A stretch of 64,000 nt of DNA from NCBI RefSeq assembly GCF_035594765.1, contig NC_085843.1, forward strand, positions 41,555,955-41,619,954, in the 5' to 3' direction. Positions 1-10,800 of this stretch are shown here, piece by piece. The notes beneath the pieces were generated by a model. That model saw only the letters and a program-made list of their open reading frames with translations, was not told where the DNA came from and did no database searches. The stretch comes from Anolis carolinensis. Lineage: Eukaryota. Made by a program: the position numbers and the translations under genes. The first letter of the stretch is position 1. Each line of letters begins with the position of its first letter.

Positions 1-69
1 GAATTTACAAATGGTTAAATAAAAACAGGTAGATATCCATCTACTTCCCAAAAAAAAAGATAAAATAGG

Positions 70-1300
70 TACAGTGTTATCTGACTATACTCTACTAGAT
101 GTAATCACCCTTTTCCCTACATTGACTTCCCCACTTTTTGTTGTGTTGCAGCCTTGAAATTATTTTACTCAATATTTTTACCATTCGATTTACACATAAT
201 ATGCTAAATATTGCCTAAATATTCTCCTCCCTCTCATATACACTCACAATCAATAGCTGGTAGAACAACTTTAGGCAGCAATTACAACTGCAACTTTTGG
301 TTAACCCTGCCAACTTTGTGGAGCCCATAATTTTTTGCTGATTTTCTTGGCAAAATTGTTCTAGCACTATCAGATTAGGTAAGGAACCAGTTATGTTGGT
401 TATGTTTTTAGGCTCATATTCTTGCTGGAATGTGAATGTTCACCCCAGCACCAGGTCCCTTGCAGACAAGTTTTCCTCTAAAATTGTTTGTATTTGGCTT
501 CATATATTTAGTCCTCAATCAAGAACAAGTCCCTGCCAAGAAGGGGCATGCTTACAACATGATGCTAGCACAAATGCTTCATCACAGAACAATAAGTGCT
601 GCTCACTTTGCACTACATGTACCATGTAGTGCAAAGGCCAAAAAGTTTTGTGTTTGATTGATTAAGCTTTTCTCTGATTTTGCTATCCCACCCACATGCA
701 TTTTCACATTTTCTAAAACCATTGTTTCAACACCATGTCTCCATAAAGCTCAGCTTTATAGAATGTCCAGATGATAACCATCCCATGTTTTTTCCTATCT
801 CAGCTGTGAATATAATCATTTTTTTTTTCAAATTTGCCATAGGCCACTTGATTTGTTGTCGAAGGTTGTCATAGTTGGAATCACTGGGTTGCTGTGAGTT
901 TTTCAGGCTGTATGACCATGTTCCAGCAGCATTCTCTCCTGAAGATGCCAGCCACGGATGTAGGTGAAACATTAGGAGAGATTACTACTGGAACATGGCC
1001 ATACAGCCTGAAAACCTCACAGCAACTTGGTCACTTGATTGTTTTTCAGACTAATACCCTCCTACGCTACTACTGTGCTTTGGTAGATGGACTTCTAAAG
1101 GCAATGTCATAATTGAGCAATAGTCCTTTGATTTTGTAATAATTTTTGCTCTATTTATGATAACCCAACCATGATTGGCGCTCCCACAAAATGTCATCCT
1201 GAACTTGTTTGGATAATTCCTTGGCCTTCGTGATGCTGTTACTTTAGGTAGTCTCTCTAATAAACTCTGGGGGCTTCCTGGTGTGGATATATTTAATATG
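70..1300. mobile_element. Possible degraded Tc1-like transposon remnants
   Basis: Segments at ~120-200 and ~1200-1285 resemble recalled Tc1 subterminal sequence; no ORF support. Confidence 0.25.
854..1028. mobile_element. Penelope-derived fold-back element with degenerate hammerhead at its centre
   Basis: Inverted arms GTTGCTGTGAG...CATGTTCCAG / CTGGAACATGG...CTCACAGCAAC; flanked by GG(C/T)CACTTGATT duplication. Confidence 0.7.
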
Positions 1301-1848
1301 TCTCTTCCAACTCTATGATTCTATGTGGTTATCTGGCATAGGAAATGCATGCAGGTAGACTGTATTCATTGACTTATGGGGCCTCTGGAAGCAGCAGGTG
1401 ATTAAATCACTTATTTAGGTATCGTATAGCAAAAAAGGGCACCAGCAAGTGTCACTTTAAAAAAAAAGCTGCACTTCCAGTGTTTAGTACTTTTGTGTAT
1501 ATTTGGTGGTAACAACCACAAATAAATCCATTCCAATTCTATGAAGCAAGTTGCCATTTGATGTGAAGCTGTGTTATTTATTCACAAATGTGGATAAACA
1601 AGTCTTTCAGGGAGGAACTGAGCAAAACTAAAGATTACTAATTAAGCAAATACTTTCCTAAATACAACAAAGGGGATAATGATGCTAATAGCAAAGGCCA
1701 GAAATATTCCACCAGTGTAAATTGGAAAGTCTTTTCAGCAGAGGATCTTCTCTGGCATTCTTTTTCTCAAAAGCACAGAATTCCTACCATTCCATTTTGA
1801 GGGAAAGATTAGGAGAGGGAGCAAAAAATATTAATGGTAGGTGCTTAC

Positions 1849-4800
1849 CTTGTTGAATCCCAGTGTTCTACTGCATATAATAGCTGTGCAGTTTTCTGGT
1901 CTTTCTGGACCAGATATTCTTTCTTGGTAAGTCGTATGACCTCAAAGAAGTTAAGTGGAAGGCGTATACAGTGCCTTACAGGCATAGATATCTAGACAGG
2001 AATATTGTGACAGATATTTAGAAAACATTTAAAACTAGGAGAGGATAACGTATGGCCAGATGTTATTGGACTGTCATTGGATTGTAGCCAATAATCAGGA
2101 ATTATGGGAATTAGAGTCCAACTTCATGGTGAAGAGCGTACTGGCTTCCCAGCCCAACAGACAAAAACATTGAATTTACGTAGTGTTTTATAGCAGAAAG
2201 AGATTTCTATCACCATTGCCTTAAACCAGTGTTTGGCAAATTGTACTCCTCCAGGTGTTTTGGACTTCAGCTCCCAGAAATCCCAGCCAGCTTACTAGTG
2301 GTTAGGAATTGTGGGAGTTGAAATTCAAAACACCTGGAGGAGCACAATTTGAGAAACTCTGCCCTAAACTAAGATATAGACTATTGCTGAAGTTTTATGT
2401 ATTTCTTTTAAAAAGTAAATATAGGAGCCTGAACAAAGTTAAAAAAGGAACAAGTATTGTTAAGCCAAAAAAGAAAACACAAATAGGTTAGAAAAATGAG
2501 AAACAAATTGTTTAAAGAACAAATTGTTAAAGGATTAAAGCCTTCACAATATAAATAAAAATTAAAATATCAATCAATAGAGTACAGATTTCATACATGT
2601 GTTTTCAAAACGGCAAAACACTCTCTTAACAAGTTTATCAAAATCTTCCGAAAACTATTCATGGGATAGTACAACATATCATGGCGTGAGTAAATAAACT
2701 GTAAAACATATAAGAATTATTTGAAGAGCACTTACTTTGATGCAGCAATCCTGACAGATCACACTAAAGTAAAACAAAAAATCCATGCTTTAGATGCAAG
2801 GATGGTGGAAAAGCAAACCTCAGCAAAAGTAAGGTACTTTCATGGGATTTGAGATACAGTGTATATAAGTCTGTCGCACATGTACTGACCAATTTTGAGC
2901 TGGAATACTGAGTACACTTCCAGGGTCAGAAAAACCTGACAACACCACCTGGAATATGCCTAAAATGCCAGAAAAGACTGGCATCCATCAACCATATAAT
3001 GAAGTGCCTTTGTAGAATCAATTTTCAGCATATCCATCATGCACACAGAAAAGGGAAACTAGCATGCCTGCTACTCTTCTATGCACTTAAATCCACCAGC
3101 TTTTAGCAGCTTTGGTAAGAGGTTGCAGGGATAATGAGAAGTCTATGCTGCCAGTTGTCATTGTTCTATTGAGAGCCTTGAACATATTGTATGCAAATCT
3201 ACCTTCGGTGTAAGTTTTGGTTGTTGTTTTTTTAACATCTTTTGTACTTCTTGTACAACTTACCTGCTGCAGAGATGGCACATATAAGGCCATATGAAGT
3301 ACTGGTTACGGCAAACGGGGCAAACCTATAGAGGAGAATACACGATTTGTAAACAATAGTAACTACAGTAGATTTTCAGTTAACTGACACCCATGGAGAT
3401 TGGTAAATATCAGATAAATGTTGTCTCTGGTTGCTTCAGAGTTACAGTAGAGTCTCACTTATCCAACATTCGCTTATCCAACGTTCTGGATTATCCAACA
3501 CATTTTTGTAGTCGATGTTTTCAATATATCATGATATTTTGGTGCGAAATTCGTAAATACAGTAATTACTATGTAGCATTTCTGCATATTGAACTACTTT
3601 TTCTGCCAAATTTGTTGTATAACATGATGTTTTGGTGTTTAATTTGTAAAATCATAACCTAATTTGATGTTTAATAGGCTTCTCCTTAATCTCTCCTTAT
3701 TATCCAACATATTCGCTTATCCAACGTTCTGCCGGCCCATTTATGTTAGATAAGTGAGACTCTACTGTACTATTAAAGTAGGCCTAACTAATACTATACT
3801 TGGCCTATACTACACCATAGTATATATTGACTTCATATGGATAATGATGGATAACACTGGCCAACACACATTTTGGTGCCTCAAATGTTAGCCCTGTTTC
3901 TGTTGGAGATAGCAACCCTCTCAAGCCTCCTCTATTTAATGTTTTGTCTGTATTATAATGTATGGGCTTATTTCCTGAAGAGTATGTCTTCTTTGGATTG
4001 CAGTTTTCTTAGCTCTATGTACTTGAAGCAGAGGGTGGGGCTGCAGACTATGTGACTGGTTCAGTGACTGTTTAGAATGCAGTTTTAAAAGGAAGACAGT
4101 TGAGGCTTGAGTCTGAGTGCAGGAGCCAGTGTTAGGAGCTAGAAGGCTTGAGTCCCTTGGAAGTAGACTGTTATAAAAGAGAGCTATACAGAGTTTTAAA
4201 GAGACTGTTAAAGACTATAAGTTAAAGACACAAAATGAAATGTTTTAAAGTTTAACCTGACAAGAAATGTACCTGTATATTTAAATATATAAATATGTTA
4301 TTTTAAAGAAGTCTACTTGAATCTTTGTCTGCTGAGAGCATCGAATAGAAACAAGATGTTTAACTGCCCAGTGATCTTCCATTACCCAATAAACTAAAAG
4401 AACACTCATGAAACTCTGCTACCCAATACGTTATGATCCTAATAGGTCATAATCCCCAATAGGTTATGATCCTAACAGGTCATAATCCAATAGTCCAAAA
4501 GTTTCTGGGTATATTTGATCTACTGATTCCAAAAATGGAATTAATTATATATATGTTTTTAAGGTTTTTATAATGTGTTTTAACAATGTTATTAATGGAT
4601 CTGTATGTATTGTTTTGTTTTTATGATTGCATTTTGGGCATTAAATTTTGCCAATTTTTGTAAGCCACCCTGAGTCCCCTCGGGTGAGAAGGGCGGGGTA
4701 TAAATGTTGTAAAAAAATAAAAAAAATAAAAAATGGCACCAGTTTCCCCCTACCAGTGCTAGTTTTTGAGATACAGAACATACCATATTCCATCGCATAA

Positions 4801-7800
4801 TAGCCACCATCACATAATAGTCATACACCCTGTTTTGGGTACCCAAATTAGTATTTTAGGATTTTTCGCATTAATAGTTGCATCCTTGATTTAGACAGCC
4901 TCTCTGCTGTAAAGATCTAACAGTCCCTTCCATGTGTCTTGCTGCCCTGTCCTAAACAGCTTTGTCTGCCCCCCCCCCCCCACCTTTCAGCAAGGGTGCT
5001 TAACTCGCTTGCCCATCCATCCATCCGCCTGCTCATCTGCCCACCAAATGGCGCTTCATACCTGAGCCCTTGAAGAGATACACAGATCTGTCTGGATGGA
5101 ATTTTTCATTTCTGAATATCTTGTTCCCATCAAATCTGCAATGGTTGGTAATGATACTGCTGTATATGTTTTCTGATTGTAGATAGGAAGTGACTGGGAA
5201 TCGAAAACATTAAAAATATTCACTGGGACTTTCATTAATTGAACAGGACTAAAACATATTCAATATAGTCAGACCCTAGGCCCTCTTCTGGGCTCTAGCC
5301 CCCTTTTGGACCAAGTGTCCTTAACAATGTTTACCAATTCTCCTCTGTAAGTGTCCTGAATATACTTTGGGGAGGGGAGAAAATGGGCAAAACACTTTTA
5401 GGTTGCCTAAGTATTGCATGTTTTAAATGAGAATTCAGGAATACTTGGAAATATAAAAGAAATATGTTGAGTCACTTAGATTCCTTTACAGTCTGCATGC
5501 CTTCCTCCTGCTAAAAGGGATTACCAGTAAGACTGATTCATTCTTTCAATTGATTCTATATTTGCCTTATTTGGTTGTAAAATACATGATTGTTTATTTA
5601 AGTGCTGTCTAAACAAAATCTACAAAATTAGTTTTAAAAAGAAAGAAGAGGTACCTTAGATTCTGGGCCTGAAGTGGTACAATCCAGCCGAAGCTTTTTA
5701 GCATTTGAAATGTGTAATGTACTGCTCTTCTGCTCAGAGAAGATGCTGGCACTTGGAGAATTCAAGACAAACTTCTGACAGTTTTCTGAAGAGAAAAACA
5801 CATAAATGCAAAAACACAATATAAGGGGAAAGTGTGATCTGATGATGAAACATACAGAGCTGTTACAAGTTCCACTTCTATTGGAACTTAGCAAAAGTAT
5901 TGCTAAGCATGTAAAGATTTGGATCCCAGGCACAGAAGCTATACATCAGCAAAAATATGTATGTACTAATGAATATTTATCTACAATATCACTTACTCAA
6001 CAGGTTAGGAACCAGAGCATTGTCAAAAAAAAGAGAAATTTCAAAATATGAAACACAGTATTTTAAAAGCTTTTTTATAAGTATGAATTGAGAGGAAATA
6101 TTATTTATTATTTCATTTACGATATACCACTTTTCTCACCCACGGGGGACTCAAAGTGATAAACAACATAGTAAAGGGCAAAGATTCAATGCCTCACATC
6201 CATATTTTAAAAAACAACAACATTGCAAGTCTAAAAGCAGTCACATATAACCATAAATTAACATTAAAACTATATAAATAATCAAACATACCATAAAACA
6301 TTAAACATTAAGGCATTTAAACATTGCATCGATCCCGTGGTTTCCTATAACTGGATGCGTATTGTTATCATTCATCGAATGCCTGCTTGCACAGACAAGT
6401 TTTAAGCTATTTCCTGAATGCCAAGAGGGAGGGAGCCATCTAATCTCACTGGGGAGGGAGTTCCACAGCCGAGGGACCATCACTGAGAAGGCCCCATCTC
6501 TCGTCCCCACCAATCACACCTGTGAAGGCAGTAGGACCAAGAGAAGGACATCTCCAGGTGATCTTAACACTCTAACTGGTTCATAAAATCAGTGTGTAGT
6601 CTTAGATATGCATGTCAGGCCATGGAAGCATAATGACACATGATAAAAGAGTAGACTGTGGATTCTGACTATATTAAAAGGGGTTGAAAGAGGATCAAAA
6701 AGCAGACCCCTGAAAAGCAGTGGATGGGCATATAGGAATAGATTTGACCAAATTAAATACATTTAGGGTAGTGGTTCTCAACCTGTGGGTCCCCAGGTGT
6801 TTTGGCCTACAACTCTCAGAAATCCCAGCCAGTTTACCAGCTGTTAGGATTTCTGGAAAGCAAAAGCATCTGGGGACCCACAGGTTGAGAACCACTGGTT
6901 TAGGGAAAGGGGCCTGTTAGCAAAAAGCATGAAAGTGAGTGTTTTGAATTTTATGGAAAGCATGGAAATGGATGCAGAAGAGGAAAAGAAGAGCAGATAG
7001 TGGAGAAGAATAAGACAACGGGGACAAAAACTGACATCCATGACAAGTCCCTGCTTTGGGCCTACCATTGGTAGTGACTTGAGTTTGGTTTCAGGACCTC
7101 ATGGATACCAATATTCATACCCAAGCCCCAACATATACAAATGACATTTTCTTATAGAAAATGGCAAAATCAAGCTTTGCTTTTTGCAATTTTAAAAAAC
7201 AAACATTTTCAATCTGTGGATGCAGAATCTATGGATATGGAAAGCCAACTGTATTTGCTTTTGGTTTTGGCCTTAATCACCAACAGCAGTATACAGCCTT
7301 TGACCACCTCCATATAGAGGTATGCAGCTCACTTCCAGTTTTTAAAATAAGCAGATGCAGTGTCAAAATAGTTCCCAAACCCACTATTTCAGGTATACCT
7401 TTGCGATAACTATGACTTCTTTCTGTAAGGGTTGGGCGAAGCATTGGTGGATTTTTCACTTCCATCATGAGTTGATCATGAAGGCTGAGCTTTTGATAAG
7501 GTCTCTCTTTTCGTTTGCGCACCGATGCCTACCAAATAAAAAGATACAAATCTAGTTCTTCATTTAATTTTTAGCACGTATCAGATGGAAATGCAAGTCC
7601 TTCCCACGATTCAAGTGGACTCTCTGGTCATAAAAGAAATAAATTGTATCTTTTCTCCACTATATGAAGCCAATGTGGAGAAAGGTTGGCCGTTCAAATA
7701 TTATTGGGCTGTACTCTCAGCATTTCTCACCACTAAGTCATGGGAGCTGTAGTCCAACAAGACACGGAGAATCAACATCTAGCCAATATCTGATATAAAG

Positions 7801-10800
7801 GATGAGATATTAGTCTAGTCCTTTCAGAGATCTAAAAAATAAGCATTGGGCATGTAAGGTACTACTGCAGGAAGAGAGCCGATATGGTAAAACAATAGGA
7901 AGTCTACAAAAAAGCATGCCAGTAATTAGAGAATATAGGTATGGAAAGGCTGGTAGCTCTATCAAATGTTATTTTTGCATGCTTTTATACATTGTTCATA
8001 AGATCACCCATTTATCAGAAATTACTCTTTCATATCCTTACAGTTTTCCAACCTATTTTTATCCTGTTACTTTGACCTATGAACTGAAAACTGCTATCTA
8101 GAGTTGTTTGCTGGACAAATAGGCAAGAAGGAGAAAACAAACAGAAGATATCTAGAAAAAAGTTTCTGGTCAGGCCTCTTCAACCTGTGGCTCTCCAGGT
8201 GTTTTGGACTTCAGCTCCCAGAATTCCTGACCATTGAACAAACTTGCTATGGATTCTGGGAGTTGGAGGCACAAACACCTGGAGGGCCGCAGATTGAAGA
8301 GGCTTGAATCTGGAGGATACAAGGAATAAGCAAAGTGTCCTATCTCAGCTCAATAACTGAGGTTGAAGTAGACTGAAGAGTCATGTTAAGAAATGGCTAA
8401 ATGTCTATGCTTGTTTAGAAATCAGCTTTACAATATAGCATTGGGTATTTCGGACCTTGATGCAGACAAGAAATACTAATACAAAAATAGATGGGAATAT
8501 AGTAGGAATCCATTGAGGGTTGTCAGTCATGGCCAAGGCAATTTGTTTGGAAAACTAGTTTAAGAGTAGAGACTATTTTCTCAAGTAGTTGTTGCATAGA
8601 TACTAAAGGCTAGAGATGTAGAGCTTGATCACTTACTTTGTGGAGGACATAGCGCTTATTTTTTATATCATCCAACACTGCGCTATATGATAATTGTAAA
8701 CCCTCGTTGGGAAGGGGCTTATGTGGAAGTTGCTTCCTGGCCGTTTGCAACTTCACCCCCTTCTGCACATCACCAAGTACACCCTGCCACAAGTCAACCT
8801 GAAAAGGGGAATGACAAACTAAATGTGACTCTCTAGAATCTAGATCAGTGGTTCTCAACCTTTTATTTGACCAGGGACCACCTGATTGGGAACCACTTTG
8901 ACCAGGGACTACTCTCCAACATTAGTACCAAAAGGGTTACAAATCAGTTTTTGGTCAACTTTAGATTTGCTTTGGTTATTCTTAGTGCTGATTCAGAAAA
9001 CTGCATTGGATGGACCATATCAGCTCTATGTTCTGATACAGAACATATGCCATCCAGTAGTCACCATCTGCTTGCCCACAGAAAACAATATTTAATAACC
9101 TAGAGCTGATGTGGTCTATCTGGTGCAATTTTCTAAATCAGCACCCCAAATAACCCCAGGAACAGGCCTAATAACAAAGACACCAAGACATCCCTGCTTC
9201 CAGGTGCCACATGGAACAGCTCCGTGCAAGAGGAGGAGGAGGAGGAGGAGAAACAGCAGTCAGGAGGCTTGTTACACCTTTTGTGGATAGTTAGCCTCTC
9301 CCCACCTGACATCCCCGTTGCCTTGGCACTATAAGTGAGTTTCGCAAAACTAATAATTCTTGCTGCAATTATGTAGTAATGGTTAAGCCGCAGATCATAT
9401 TTTAGTTCTTGGGGACCACTGGTGGTGCACAGACCATAGGCTGGGAACCACTGGTGTAGATGAACCTGTGTTGCTAAGGTAGCAAAGTAATTTTTTGGAT
9501 TTCCTTCAGCACAGAAGCTTGCAAACTTTAGATATCCAACAATATGTCACTTTTTTCTTCATGGAAAAAGTGAAGTCTGAAAGCTGAAAGATAGTAATTT
9601 ATACCCAGTTTTTCACCTTTTGCGGTTCAGTGTGGTCTTCCATATCCATTTCTCTCAAAACCTGAAATAAATGAAAGACATGTTTTTGTTTCTTGTTTGC
9701 TTTTTGTAAAGCTGATAATGTATCTGCTTTCCAGCTTCCAGTTATGTTTCTTAACAAGGGGGGGGGGGGGAGAGTTTAAGACGGATTGAAGATTGCTTCC
9801 CTTCCCATTCTGAATACCTCTTTGCAGCTTTGAATGGTGAACATGAGTTTCTGACATTCGCTGTACTCTGCAAACAGCAATTTGCAGATCCCTGTGTAAT
9901 GGCTGGCAGCTTTTGAAGGTTCGAGAAAATGATCTTCACAGATCTGAAATGAAAAATAGCCATCAGCTCTGGATTCATATTAAAAAGATTTATACTGGAC
10001 TACAAGATGGCTTTTATGTTTATCTAAATCCTAAAGAAGACAGAGGCCCATTGTACATTAATACAGTTGTAGCAATATGATTCTACTTTAAGTACCACTA
10101 TGGACTCCTGATATGCAGTGTTCAGGAAGGGGCATTTAAAATGCTCTGCCAGAGAACTAAATGCCTCACCAGGATATGAACCCAGTTTTTCATAAGATGA
10201 AGTCATGACAGTTAAAATGAAATCATACTGCTATGATAGTGTAGTGAAGTGGGTTTCAACCTTCCTTATGCTGCAACCCCTTAATACAGTTCCTCATGTT
10301 GTGGTGACCCCCAACCATAAAATTATTTTCGTTGTGACTTCATAACTGTAGTTTTGCTACTGTTATGAATTCTGGTGGGGTTGGGGGTGGTTAAATTTGT
10401 CATTTGAGAGTTGTAGCTGTTGGGATTTATAGTTAACCTACAATCAAAGAGCATTCTGAACTCCACCAATGATGGAATTGAACCAAACTTGGCACACAGA
10501 AGTCCCATGACCAACAGAAAAGACTGGGTTTGTTGGGCACTAATCTTGGTTTTTGGAGTTGTAGTTCACCTACATCCAGAGAGCACTGTGGACGCCACAC
10601 AATGATGGATCTGGACCAAACTTGGCACGAATACTCAATATGCCCAAATTTGAACACTGGTGGAGTTTTGGGAAAGAAGGCCTTGACATTTGGGAGTTGT
10701 AATTGCTGGGATTTATATTTCACCTTCAATCAAAGACCCCCTTGAACCCCACCAATGGTAGAATTGGGCCAATCTTCCCATTCAAAACCCCCATGACCAA

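Noticed and set aside
727-803. Possible terminal exon of the Spire-like gene
   Set aside because: The required phase gives an immediate stop and lacks the expected final CxxC.
3949-4353. Possible solo LTR (TG...CA, TATA-like motif)
   Set aside because: No TSD or second copy visible; cannot be supported without a repeat-library search.
5525-5619. Open minus-strand segment with AG/GT ends as an extra Spire-like exon
   Set aside because: Would need a 35-nt intron (or 46 nt with a phase mismatch) after the 5655 donor, too short for vertebrates. The acceptor choice around 5193-5250 remains somewhat uncertain.
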